IMG/VR virus record: IMGVR_UViG_3300049491_000357
Location: 22,839-86,838 of that record
Reading direction: 5' to 3' (one strand)
DNA from: a virus
DNA: 64,000 bases
The notes beneath the pieces were generated by a model that did not search any database, was not told the DNA's origin, and was given only the letters and a program-made list of their open reading frames with translations. This document shows positions 1 through 10,146 of this stretch, piece by piece (the stretch's first letter is position 1; each line of letters starts with the position of its first letter). The position numbers were made by a program, and so were the translations under genes.

Positions 1-958
1 CCGTTCGGAGGTCAGCGATATCCCGAGGCACAAAGATGTCGTAGAACAAGCTATCTGGTCGATCACTCGGACCAGGGGAAGCTACGCCGCCGTTTTGATT
101 GGTGTTGCGATCAAAGGCATTGGAGTTACGTCGAAACACGACCGCCAAAGGGATCGCGTACATGTACCCATCTACCGTACCAAGAGCGTTCGTAGGGATA
201 CCATCCCCTGCCCGCCAAAGACCTGCGTCCCCGGCTGCATCCTGGCTAACATAGGGGAAGATGGTTGCAACTCCATCCGGGGTTGCAGCGTTCGGAGGAA
301 CCGAGTTAGCCACCACCGTAGGGTCATTGATGACCAGAGGGAACGCGAAAGGATCGACTCCCTGGATGACTCGAAGTCGATATTGAATCTGTACTCGTTT
401 GGTAGACTCCGATCCCAACGTCGCATCTTTGATGTCATCAGGGAAATTCAGGAGGGCATCATCTGCGGGGGAGATCTTAACGTTACCGTCTCGCCAAATA
501 CGACCTGACGGGCTCTTACCGTCAAGAGAAGGAGCTGCCGTAAGCAGCCGTCGCCAAACCTCCAACACGACGAAGTCAGCTCGCTTAGCCCCGGGGCCAA
601 CAGGGGCAAGCCCCATATCGATCGTGTTCGTCCCGTCGTTTTTGCCTGTGTTTTGGACAGGGATGATCCACCCATTCACATGGGACAGAAGCGTAGGTGA
701 GGCGTAAAAATTCGCAGTGGGGGACGGAAGGAAGATGGCCTCCGACATGTCACTGGAGGCCAAAAAGTCCGCCGACAGCCACCCAGAGGGCATGGCCACA
801 CGAAGAGCTAGTTGTCCTGCACCCCCATCAACATCCTGCTGAAGGTTTAGCTCTGTGTCGAGAACTGGCTTTCCGGCCTGAAATACAGTCGTCTCCCACG
901 CACGACCATCCGGGTTCAGGTAGCCGCTTACACCAGGTCCGAAGTTTTTGGATCCCAT
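1..958 (-). CDS. Baseplate/tail-fibre structural protein, DUF6519/DUF4815-like N-terminus (3' partial)
   Basis: Not in ORF track because it runs off the window. Manual translation from ATG 958 gives MGSKNFGPGVSGYLNPDGRAWETTVFQAGKPVLDTELN...RADFVVLEVWRR...ESTKRVQIQYRLRV. Confidence 0.75.
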   Translation of the reverse strand, partial: MGSKNFGPGVSGYLNPDGRAWETTVFQAGKPVLDTELNLQQDVDGGAGQLALRVAMPSGWLSADFLASSDMSEAIFLPSPTANFYASPTLLSHVNGWIIPVQNTGKNDGTNTIDMGLAPVGPGAKRADFVVLEVWRRLLTAAPSLDGKSPSGRIWRDGNVKISPADDALLNFPDDIKDATLGSESTKRVQIQYRLRVIQGVDPFAFPLVINDPTVVANSVPPNAATPDGVATIFPYVSQDAAGDAGLWRAGDGIPTNALGTVDGYMYAIPLAVVFRRNSNAFDRNTNQNGGVASPGPSDRPDSLFYDIFVPRDIADLRT

Positions 959-1032
959 GTTTTACACCCTGGCTTCTGTAACAGAAGACCTTCGATGATG
1001 GTCGATGCATACGGTCTTCATACGACGCCGAC

Positions 1033-1677
1033 TAAGAAGGAAAGCCGCCAGACGATCGTGAGCGTCGAAGTTGCAGGCTTGTTGATGACAGGAAACGTCA
1101 AGTAGTTGACCAACGTCTCTTTGGTGGTGAGGTCTACGGTAGGGTTGTACGGACCGTTTGGAGGAGAAACGGGGTTCTTGATCGACAGGTTCGTAGAGAC
1201 GTTACCCCCGATGATCCCCATCTCAACCAAAGGTCCAACCGCCTCGGCTTCCGTGAACGTTGTTTGGAAGTCGACGACATTGGTCGGGATGGCTACCGGA
1301 AGCCCACCCCCGTCGATGAACTGAGTATTCGAGAAGGTTTTTCGAGTGATCTCAGCGTACAGGGCTCGTTGGGTGTTCGTTGGAGCCGGAGGAGCCATGG
1401 GGTTCCACCCGGTATCTCCTGTACCCACAGCCAAGCAAAAACACCCGTGAGGGGGTTCCTGCGAGTCCTTCATCAGACGTGCGATCAGGATCGAAGCATC
1501 CTTGACGACAAGATTCCGCTTCTCCCACTCATGTTGAAGCTCACCTGTAGCCCCGTCATGCATCTTGATGAAAACGTCTCCCCGAATGTAGAATCGGGCG
1601 TTTTCATCGTACTTTGGAGATAGGACTACCCCCAAGTTACCTTCAGTGGTTGGAGAAAAAGCCTCGACATTTTTCAT
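1033..1677 (-). CDS. Tail-collar/fibre-attachment domain protein (ends at TTA)
   Basis: Start MKNVEAF at 1677; motif AVGTG..PAPTNTQRAL..E..RK..VVDF.TTF...EA.G.L.E.G; ends IVWRLSF then TTA 1033-1035 (standard-code stop 1018). Confidence 0.7.
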
Positions 1678-1726
1678 CTGTATTTCCCTCTGTGCATCTG
1701 AAGGGTCCGATAAGAGGAACCGCGGT

Positions 1727-2905
1727 TCAGGGCTGTAGAATGATGGTTGTGGTGGGTCCTGGGGGGATAGGCCCCAGATTGTTGGCGCAGATGAAGACAG
1801 GAGGCGTGGCCATACTCGTGTTGTCAAACAATAGCCAGGCTGAATTGTTGAGCAGTGATACAAAAGATGGGTCCCAAGGCTCGGTAAACGTAGCTGTGCA
1901 TGGCCCATCCACAGCTTGAGGGCCAACATCCACATGTTGAACCTGAAGGTTTGTCCGCGCCTCAACCAACCTGGGGAAGGCAGCCCACAGCACAGTCTGG
2001 CTGTTCAGAGAGCCTGCCAGAGCTGCGGAAGTCCCGAATGTGTAGAGGACCGGGGGGTCCGCCATCACGGGAAACGCGTAAACATCAAACGCCTTCGTAC
2101 AGACCTCAACCGAGTCGACCTGGATGATCGAGTCGCTGACCGCAGCATCCAGAGCGGGGCTGAAGTAAACGAGACCTGCGTGATCCGTCAGAAGGCCGCT
2201 TTGAACTTCGCCCGAAAACTTGGCAATTGGGATGGATGTTGCCAGCGTAGGCTCAATCCACTGAAGCTTCTGGGTCGCAGGCACGACCGTCAGACCAGAG
2301 ATTGCCGAAACAATCCCGGGACCGACCGTCGTGACGTACCACTCAGCCGCCGTCATGTCTGTCCCCAAGAGGAGCACAACCGCCCGAGGGTTAGAAGCCC
2401 CCTGTTCGGACGTAACCGACGTAACGGGGACCACGTTGCCTTGGATATCCGTGACCAGGTACGAGGCAGGGTCAAGAATCGCAACGTTCAACAACATCGG
2501 TTCCGAGAACACCAGACGAAGGCGAGTTTTTCGAACGCCGACCGGCAAGTACTGGGGAATCGATGGGACGCCTGTAAACGTGGCAGTTTTGAAGAGCGGG
2601 TTGAGAATGGCACCCGACTGGCTCAAAGCCGCCGTTACGGTAACCGTGTACACCCCGAACAGCTGAACCGACGTTATCAGCCTGATGGTTGTCGCATTGT
2701 AGACCTGTACGGCAACAACCGTTAGACCAGGGATTGAGTAATTCGCAGAGTCTAGGATTGGAGGGAACCCTAGATTCAGAGGGAGAGAGAATTGAACAAG
2801 GACCGTCGTGGGGTCTAGCGCCAAGGCCCCAATAACACGAAACGAATCTGCGGCACTCCCATAGGGGCTTGACCCGTACTCGTCTTGTCCAAAAGCTCCA
2901 GCCAT
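1727..2905 (-). CDS. Virion structural protein with Ig-like beta domains
   Basis: 392 aa; two LVxFSxP...DxAxYxI modules typical of bacterial Ig-like domains. Confidence 0.65.
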   Translation of the reverse strand: MAGAFGQDEYGSSPYGSAADSFRVIGALALDPTTVLVQFSLPLNLGFPPILDSANYSIPGLTVVAVQVYNATTIRLITSVQLFGVYTVTVTAALSQSGAILNPLFKTATFTGVPSIPQYLPVGVRKTRLRLVFSEPMLLNVAILDPASYLVTDIQGNVVPVTSVTSEQGASNPRAVVLLLGTDMTAAEWYVTTVGPGIVSAISGLTVVPATQKLQWIEPTLATSIPIAKFSGEVQSGLLTDHAGLVYFSPALDAAVSDSIIQVDSVEVCTKAFDVYAFPVMADPPVLYTFGTSAALAGSLNSQTVLWAAFPRLVEARTNLQVQHVDVGPQAVDGPCTATFTEPWDPSFVSLLNNSAWLLFDNTSMATPPVFICANNLGPIPPGPTTTIILQP

Positions 2906-2921
2906 AAGTCCATGTCCGATG

Positions 2922-5900
2922 TCATGAGTCGATGGAGATTAGCACAGAAGCCGTTGCTGGGTCACGAGTTAGTTTGTAGTCGTGGAACGCTCCGTCGTAC
3001 CAATCGAAGGGGATGCCACCCAACACTGCGAGAGTATTTTGGTCGACGAGCAACACATACCGTTCGCCTAGCGGAGTCGTCACGAAAGCAAGGCTCAACG
3101 TGAATCCAGCGGAAGACGAGAAACCAAGACGTACCTGAGAGTCCCCAAGGCCCAACGTGGTGTCCTGAAGAACCCGCATCCGGAATTTCACCTCTGTCAC
3201 CAGAGACAGAGAGTCCGGCAAAGACGTTGGGTTACGGTAAACCGTTCGAGTAGGGCCCGTTGTTGCGTAGGTCAGCACCCCAGAGAACGGAGTTGCTGAC
3301 ACGTTGGCGGGAACATCAGAGACGAGCTGCCATGCAGGCGTGTTTCCCGAGTTCTCAGGAAGAACAGCCCCGTCGTAAACCAGGCAGACCTCTTTCGTCC
3401 AGTACAACGTACCCCAGTCGGGGGTCTCACAAGAGTCACAGAATGGGGTGATGAGATTCTGTTCGCCGACACTCTTTTCGGTGACTACCAGGCTCGTATA
3501 GAGCACATCATCAGGGATTTTGAGGGTGTGTCGAACAGACCCGTCGTTGAACTTGAAGTCCCCGTCAAAGTTCATCAAGTCTTCGATGCTATTGAACGAA
3601 GAGACGAACTCAGTGGTAGGTGTTGGGACCTGTACATCAGTCGATTGCGTCGAGGGAACCAGCGGCGTCCCCTCATTCAAAAGCGTGTAGGCAACCAGAA
3701 GAGGGTTCTGGAAAAAGTCGGGAGTTGTTTGGGGAGGGATCCCCGTTGAGCTGCTCCAATAGTCGGTATGGCTGTGAGGGATGCTCGTGTAGAGGTGTTC
3801 CGGGGAAGCCATCACATTCCGCTGGTTAAGAATCTGATGGTGCGGGGCAATCCTCAGCTCAGACGGAGAACGGGTGATGCCATACCGGACGAAGTCCCAA
3901 AGAGTTGAGGACAAGTTCGTTGGGTCAAACGCTCCCCAAGCGATACAGGGGAGGCCCCCAGACAAGACTGTGGGTACACCAGCGCTTGACGGCGGGACTT
4001 CGAGTTCGTTGTACCCAATGGTGATGAGAGGCTGTGGCGTCGAGTCCAGAATAAGGGTGAGATTCCCATCAGGCACTCTTGCAATGCGGTACTTGTGGGG
4101 TACCGTCCAATCAACCTCCTGGGGGACTCGGTAGTTAACGATCGAGGGCTGCACCGGAAAGGTTATAACCGAGGAGACCGTGAGAGTTGTCGGGGTCACC
4201 GATCCAATCGTGTAGACCCCCTTGTTTGAGCCGTTGTCAATAACAAGTTGGTCTCCGACCAACACCCCTGCGACAACGAAATCAGCAAGGGGGTCATTCA
4301 GAACGTTCCCAACAACGGCTGCTCCAACTCCGTTTGCTGTCAGCGGGAGATGGTACCCAATCAGCGAGTCTGAGTCGGTTCCTTTCCAGAAACCTACCCA
4401 CTTTTGGGTGCTAGGCAGGACACGCCAGATGTTGGCGTAAAACCAATCTACGTTCGACGTTGCGCCCATAGAGATGGGTGTAGATGAACCCCAAGAGATA
4501 ATACCGGTGGCAGGCCCCACCACACCAGAGAAGTTGACGTAAGGTACTGTCCCCAGGAGTGCACCATCTGCCATGACGGTGATGGTGCCCCCAGTCTTGA
4601 CCATTCGGAGGATGTGGGGTTCATCGTCATCCCACTCAAATGGGAACTGCACCGGACCAGGGAGAAGGCTACCCTCAGAGTGGGGGGCAACGTATCTCAC
4701 TCCCGCGATGTCGAGGAACAAGAGCCCAAGATCTCGGCTTCCGTCGTAGACACTGCACTGAACCCCAGAAAAGCCGCCCGGATCAGGGGTGTGGGATCGG
4801 ACATGGCACTTGAACTCAAACATCCAGTCCGTGGTGGCGTCCACGATTCTAGCGTCAGTGCCGACACCAGCCACATCGTCTCGGAAGTACACCCGACCAT
4901 CCGTCAACGACGTGTCGTTGATACGCAGGGTCCGTCCAATCATCTCTACCGCTGAGCCACCAAGAGGGGTCCAGGGGGTGGGCAGGAAGTCTTGAGGGAA
5001 GCTTCGACCCCCATAGGAGAATTTCGGAGCTGCTTTTCCTGGGAAAAAACAGAGTTGGAGAAGGCGTTTACCGTCATCGATGGCAGCCATCACAGCATTG
5101 GGAGTAATCCCATGCGTCTCCGTAAGGAGCTGAACATTTACGTCCAGGATGACATCGCTGGATACCGCCAAAAGAGGCTCAATCCTTAGGAATCCTCTGA
5201 AGTCACCCCCTACCAACCCAACTGCTGCCTCCGTGGCTAGGTCCGTGGCGGAAGTGGAATCCACCTGGAGGGCGCTCGACGTTACAATGGACTCGTTTCC
5301 GTGGTAGCCCACTGGAGTCCATGGAGGGGTAGCCGTCTCGGGGAAGTCGTTGCCCTCGTAGGATACGAAAACACTGGGAGCGGTTTGGTAGGGGTTCGTC
5401 GGGAGAATGAGGTACCGGACGAAGTCCCACGTGCTCTGGTTGACTGCGGGCCGAGAAAGGCTTCCGAAGTATACGTTTTGAACTTGATTGAAGGGGTCGT
5501 TTAGCTCCTCCAGGAAGGGGAGTTCATCCTCCAATACGCGTAGATTCTCGACGATTTCCCCGTCAAAATAGACCCTAACTACCCCGTTGGCCTGGAAGAT
5601 GCGGAAACTGTGGAGAAGGGTCCAGTCTAGGTCCGCCGGAAGGCCAGTTGAGGTGTTACCCGAAAGCCCACCAGTCCAGGCAGTTACCTGAGACGGGTCG
5701 TTACCGAAGCCCCTCTTCAAGATACCAACCTGTTTGACGCCAGCCACCTCGACATAGCCAACGACGATTGCTTTTTTAGAGTCCGAGAATCCAACAGCCA
5801 AGCCCGACCATACACCCTCAAATACCGTCACTGCATTGATTTGGACTTGCCAAGTAGCTGCAAAAACGGCTGGGAAGGTGAGGTCGATGGGCCGCGCCCA

Positions 5901-8549
5901 GTAAAGGGGTTCACCACTGGGGAAGGGTCCTGTGGTGGTGTCCCCAACGACCAGTTGGTCGAAAACAATATTCGCTGTACCTGCCCCTTTTCGCTCCCAA
6001 GGTGCAGGAGATGCCTCAGGGAGCACAGTTGGCAGATAATTGATGAACGACGATTCAACCGTACGCTCCAAAGGAGGGTACGCAATGTGGTGGTAGGGCG
6101 AGTTGAAAAGCAGGAGGTTGGGGTCGTTCCAAAGAGCACTGTAGGCTCTCTCGTAGGCCCTGTACTTCAAGTCACGTTGGAGAGGCTGAGCCAACGTGGC
6201 CTGCATGTCATCAGCCGTGTAGTTGCTCGGCGTAATGAGCACGTTGTTGAACCGATAGTGGTGCCCCGCCACATCGTGGGGGTACCCTTGATCTCGATTC
6301 CAAGCGTTGAGTCGAAATTCCTTTGAATTGAGTCGACGAACTTCAACCGTAGGATTACAGAGGTAGGAGTAGTCCACCTTCACGTCGTCGGTAGACGACG
6401 GAGGGGCCGCCAAGACAATCTGCCCCAGAAGCCCGATAACGGCCAAAACTGGGGTGATGACGTTATTGATCCGAACCACTACATCTGCGGGGTCATCGGC
6501 AATTTCCCCGTTCCGTGGGTCGTAAACCTCCCAAGTTGTAGCGGCCTGCATTCCATCAGGGGAGTGCAGGTTGGCCTTTACTCGGATCTGCGTCGGAGAG
6601 AGCCACGCTGAGATCTGGAACGTCCCAGAGTTAGCTGCGCTGACCCCCAATATGATGTAGAGCCCGACCACAGTCGGAGAAAGAGAACCCCCCGTCAACG
6701 TCAACGTCGTAGGGTCATTGATGACCACCCCAAGACCCGTCTGAATCGTCAAGGGTGGCTTCGAGATGGGCCCACGATCAACGAAGATAGATCGTATGGT
6801 TAGAGGTACACTCGTCGTGAAAGCCGCTGCGTTATACGAGGGATCGAGCGGGTTGCCTGCAATGTCCTTCGGCGTACCTGAGGCATTGACGAAAACCTCG
6901 TAGAAGCCAACCCCAAAGCCGATCGTCTTCAAAAAGACAGAAGAGTCGTCCAGGGTCTCCACCGATTGAACGGTGACTGAGGTAGGACCAGAGATGGTGT
7001 ACTCAGCCGGATCTGTGAGAGCAAAGTCCGCCCTCATTGGCTGATCGAACGTAACAACAACCCCACCCTCCTCAGGTTCGAACTCGATCCCCAGTACCCT
7101 AGGCTGAGAGGATACGGCAGCGAACTCCGTGTGGAACGAGAGGGTCCCAGTCTGCTTTTTACGGAGGTCGTCCGCAGCCAGCTCATACCTCTTCCCATTC
7201 GTTGGCTTGCTAATGGTGAGGATGACGGCCTGAACTGCTCCCGACAATACCCACGTAAGTTGCCCATTTCGAGGGTCAGACGTGAAGAAGGGGAGGTCTA
7301 CAGCTAGACGAGTCGGAGTGAGGACGTCCTCAACCCGAGCCAGGACATTGGGGTTGTACTCAGAGTCCTCGAAAAATACGTAGTCCCCCACTTCCACAAA
7401 GCCCAAGGGAAGATCCCTGAGTTCTAGAAACTGAGAGTGGATTGGAAGTGACGGTGACTCAGCATCCGTAATCGTCAGAAGGTCTCGACGATGGATGATG
7501 GCCAAAGATTCATGTACGGTAAGACGCTCTCCAAGCGTGACTCCCGTCCCAGTGACGGGGGGAGCATCATCAATGACCCCCTGAACCCCCTTGACCTTTG
7601 CACGCTGGATGGGGGTTACACGGTCAATACGAATCGGGACACCCCCATCCACGGGCCGGAGACGATAACGAAGAAGATCAAGCGCATCTTCGATTCGAAT
7701 TTCAGTCGGGAATGTGAGGCGAAGCGTGAAGTCGTCCAAGGACTCCACGAAGATGGCCTCCAATGCCACCACTTCAGCGATCGAAAGACTTTCCTGGGGC
7801 CCTACCGTAAGGGATGCCACAGGGGTTGCCCCCTCTGTTACGACAAGGGACTCTGCGATCTGAACGACATTCTCAACCAGCAGCATCTCTGTGATGCTGA
7901 GGGTCTCTGAGACCACTACCTCGCCACCTTCTGTGGCATCAGAAAGTTCGGTGATGGTCAGAGACTCTGACAATGGAACAAGGAATGTCCCACCTGTCGG
8001 AACCATCGCTTCCGTGATGGTCAAAGACTCCGCAAGCCCAACAGGCGGAGCACCCTTCGTGCCTGTAACCCCCTCAGTGATCGTCAGAGACTCAGAGAAG
8101 TTATGTACGTTCGGGAAGAACGCCTTCTGGGTCTCCGTGATGGTAAGAGACTCGAAGATGTTGACCGGAGGATGAACGACTGGGGGGATAACTACACCCC
8201 CAATATCGAGCGTAAACGCCCCCAGCTTACCCGCAGAGAAGCTTGTGGCTTCAATCGTGTACGACCCAGGAGGCAGATGCGGAATCTGGATAAGAGCTTG
8301 AAATCCAGGCCCTGAGTCATCGTCTTCGTAAAGAACCGTTCCCGTGAAGCTGGTCCCCTGAAGCAGGTACAGGTAGGTGTCCGTGAACCCCGTACCCGTC
8401 ATCTGAATAACTACATCAGTGGCCCCATTGGTGACCGTGAACGTGTAGAACTTGGCGTATGCTGCCCTGTGCGTCGAGGAACAAGTTGCCGTCAACGCAT
8501 CCGAAATCGGACCGCCATTGACAGAAATAGGAGTCAGAGCACACGCCAC
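2922..8549 (-). CDS. Large multidomain fibre/baseplate protein (PPC-like N-terminal domain, ESLTITE repeats, Ig-like and lectin-like domains)
   Basis: 1875-aa ORF; DTYLYL...DDDSG...YTIEATSF (PPC-like); repeated ESLTITE; repeated LPE..P.W beta-sandwich modules. Confidence 0.75.
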   Translation of the reverse strand: MACALTPISVNGGPISDALTATCSSTHRAAYAKFYTFTVTNGATDVVIQMTGTGFTDTYLYLLQGTSFTGTVLYEDDDSGPGFQALIQIPHLPPGSYTIEATSFSAGKLGAFTLDIGGVVIPPVVHPPVNIFESLTITETQKAFFPNVHNFSESLTITEGVTGTKGAPPVGLAESLTITEAMVPTGGTFLVPLSESLTITELSDATEGGEVVVSETLSITEMLLVENVVQIAESLVVTEGATPVASLTVGPQESLSIAEVVALEAIFVESLDDFTLRLTFPTEIRIEDALDLLRYRLRPVDGGVPIRIDRVTPIQRAKVKGVQGVIDDAPPVTGTGVTLGERLTVHESLAIIHRRDLLTITDAESPSLPIHSQFLELRDLPLGFVEVGDYVFFEDSEYNPNVLARVEDVLTPTRLAVDLPFFTSDPRNGQLTWVLSGAVQAVILTISKPTNGKRYELAADDLRKKQTGTLSFHTEFAAVSSQPRVLGIEFEPEEGGVVVTFDQPMRADFALTDPAEYTISGPTSVTVQSVETLDDSSVFLKTIGFGVGFYEVFVNASGTPKDIAGNPLDPSYNAAAFTTSVPLTIRSIFVDRGPISKPPLTIQTGLGVVINDPTTLTLTGGSLSPTVVGLYIILGVSAANSGTFQISAWLSPTQIRVKANLHSPDGMQAATTWEVYDPRNGEIADDPADVVVRINNVITPVLAVIGLLGQIVLAAPPSSTDDVKVDYSYLCNPTVEVRRLNSKEFRLNAWNRDQGYPHDVAGHHYRFNNVLITPSNYTADDMQATLAQPLQRDLKYRAYERAYSALWNDPNLLLFNSPYHHIAYPPLERTVESSFINYLPTVLPEASPAPWERKGAGTANIVFDQLVVGDTTTGPFPSGEPLYWARPIDLTFPAVFAATWQVQINAVTVFEGVWSGLAVGFSDSKKAIVVGYVEVAGVKQVGILKRGFGNDPSQVTAWTGGLSGNTSTGLPADLDWTLLHSFRIFQANGVVRVYFDGEIVENLRVLEDELPFLEELNDPFNQVQNVYFGSLSRPAVNQSTWDFVRYLILPTNPYQTAPSVFVSYEGNDFPETATPPWTPVGYHGNESIVTSSALQVDSTSATDLATEAAVGLVGGDFRGFLRIEPLLAVSSDVILDVNVQLLTETHGITPNAVMAAIDDGKRLLQLCFFPGKAAPKFSYGGRSFPQDFLPTPWTPLGGSAVEMIGRTLRINDTSLTDGRVYFRDDVAGVGTDARIVDATTDWMFEFKCHVRSHTPDPGGFSGVQCSVYDGSRDLGLLFLDIAGVRYVAPHSEGSLLPGPVQFPFEWDDDEPHILRMVKTGGTITVMADGALLGTVPYVNFSGVVGPATGIISWGSSTPISMGATSNVDWFYANIWRVLPSTQKWVGFWKGTDSDSLIGYHLPLTANGVGAAVVGNVLNDPLADFVVAGVLVGDQLVIDNGSNKGVYTIGSVTPTTLTVSSVITFPVQPSIVNYRVPQEVDWTVPHKYRIARVPDGNLTLILDSTPQPLITIGYNELEVPPSSAGVPTVLSGGLPCIAWGAFDPTNLSSTLWDFVRYGITRSPSELRIAPHHQILNQRNVMASPEHLYTSIPHSHTDYWSSSTGIPPQTTPDFFQNPLLVAYTLLNEGTPLVPSTQSTDVQVPTPTTEFVSSFNSIEDLMNFDGDFKFNDGSVRHTLKIPDDVLYTSLVVTEKSVGEQNLITPFCDSCETPDWGTLYWTKEVCLVYDGAVLPENSGNTPAWQLVSDVPANVSATPFSGVLTYATTGPTRTVYRNPTSLPDSLSLVTEVKFRMRVLQDTTLGLGDSQVRLGFSSSAGFTLSLAFVTTPLGERYVLLVDQNTLAVLGGIPFDWYDGAFHDYKLTRDPATASVLISIDS

Positions 8550-8563
8550 CTAGCGGCCTCAGC

Positions 8564-9094
8564 TAACGTGATGGTCGAAGTGTACGTCACAGACAAGGTG
8601 TCGTTCGTGTTGAGCGTCCTTGTTGCAAACTGGACCTCATGAGCCATGACCCCGCCGACATTCGCATCGAAAACAGCGGACTTCTGTACGCCTTGTGGGG
8701 GGATACCGAGGTACGTGAACATGTAGGCGATCGTCGTCTGATTCGCAGGGACGATAGGCAGCGTCACCGTAGCCAGGGCTCGGGTCAACCCGCTACCCGC
8801 CAGCTCTGCGGGCAAACTCGTGTCTGTCGCCAGAGGAGCCGCAGCATCGTTCGACAGACCGATGTAGTTGAACCCACCTCCAAGTGAACCACGGGTCGGA
8901 ACCGAAGCTGCCGTGGCATAAATGTAGGCGTGGATTCGAACGAGTCCCGCATTGGTGACGAGGTTGTCAACCACCTGATCTTCATCCACCTGACGGTACA
9001 CGTACAGCCCACGCTTCTCGTCGAAGTCGTATGCCTGCTCATGGTGGATTCGAACACGGGCCCTTGGACGAAGCGTTTCAGTGACGATATGCAT
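8564..9094 (-). CDS. Small tail-fibre/collar-domain structural protein (ends at TTA)
   Basis: AGGAGGAGG SD before ATG 9094; NLVTNAG...YIGLS...ATDTSL..EL...GLTRA; TTA at 8564-8566 removes overlap with next gene (start 8549). Confidence 0.7.
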
Positions 9095-9146
9095 AGCTGC
9101 CTCCTCCTTAGGAGGTGATGAAAGGGTTAGGGGTAGACGGCAAAGG

Positions 9147-9962
9147 TCAGAAGTCAAAAGAGTGATCTTCAGCCGAAACTGTCTTGTTGACCTTTGTGCC
9201 CAAACGGTCACGATCCCGAATACCCTGACAGTACATGCGGAAATCGTCGTAGTAGTACGACGACATGTACCAACGCATGGCATCAAGAATTTTCCCAAGG
9301 GGATCGTTGGGGATGTACTTGTCTTGGAAGAGGTACCTTAGACGATACAGGGTATGGGCAGGCCGGACAATGTCGAGAATTGCTCTGGTGGCAGAGTCGG
9401 CGGCGAAAAGATCCGGGGGGAACCCCCCGCCTATCGGGATAACCACGTCGACGTCAAAGCCGAACTGGTCGGAAATATCCAGCCCAGAAGCACCCTTTCG
9501 GATGAGGATGAAGTTCTCTCGGACAAGGATATCCCCCTTGATGAAGAGGCTGGCCACATCCCCCATAGACTTGGGGATTGAACCCTGGAAGTAGATGCGG
9601 ATGAGGTTGATGAGTACGTCCCGGAACTGATCGTCGGACCATTGAAGGTTGGGGATAGCCCCATTTTGGAAGAGGAAGTACCCGATGATCGAGTACAGGA
9701 AGTCCGACCGAGTGGTGTCTACGGTACGGTCCCAATCAACATCCTCAAGGGCCAGCTCTAGCCGTGCCAGTTCGACCGCTACCGCCTTCAACTCGTTCGT
9801 ATAGTTTGGGCCCTGGACAGCCGAGATATAGTTGCTGGCAAGCAAGTTGAGCAACGTGGTGAAAATTGGTTGGGCTCGCTGGAGAAGTCTGAGATTGTAC
9901 TCTTTTCCAGTTTGGGAGACGGTGTAATTGATCCGAGATGGGTCACGAACGAAACGAGCCAT
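9147..9962 (-). CDS. Putative baseplate wedge subunit (P2 gpI-like)
   Basis: 271 aa directly downstream of baseplate J-like gene; ILDIVRPAHT motif typical of wedge subunits. Confidence 0.65.
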   Translation of the reverse strand: MARFVRDPSRINYTVSQTGKEYNLRLLQRAQPIFTTLLNLLASNYISAVQGPNYTNELKAVAVELARLELALEDVDWDRTVDTTRSDFLYSIIGYFLFQNGAIPNLQWSDDQFRDVLINLIRIYFQGSIPKSMGDVASLFIKGDILVRENFILIRKGASGLDISDQFGFDVDVVIPIGGGFPPDLFAADSATRAILDIVRPAHTLYRLRYLFQDKYIPNDPLGKILDAMRWYMSSYYYDDFRMYCQGIRDRDRLGTKVNKTVSAEDHSFDF

Positions 9963-9966
9963 CAGA

Positions 9967-10143
9967 TCACCCGCACTTCCTGATGGGGTTCACCATCGAT
10001 GCTGCCAGGCACTGCACGCACACGCGACGGTGCTTCTCGACGTCCTTTGGCCACTCAGTCCATGGAGTCCCGACGACCCCGTTGATGACAGGGAGAGCCC
10101 TCTGATTCTGCCCATGCTTTTCGCAATCAATCGTGAGATTCAT
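9967..10143 (-). CDS. Small putative zinc-binding protein (58 aa)
   Basis: Below ORF-track cutoff; MNLTIDCEKHG...RVCVQC...IRKCG*; exactly fills the gap between flanking genes. Confidence 0.6.
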   Translation of the reverse strand: MNLTIDCEKHGQNQRALPVINGVVGTPWTEWPKDVEKHRRVCVQCLAASMVNPIRKCG

Positions 10144-10146
10144 GGG

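Noticed and set aside
1678-1965. ORF-track N-terminal extensions (also 9095-9298, 43221-43502, 51637-51699, 53861-53911, 55482-55625, 58644-58685)
   Set aside because: They overlap upstream genes; better-placed starts, most with SD motifs or stop/start overlaps, lie downstream.
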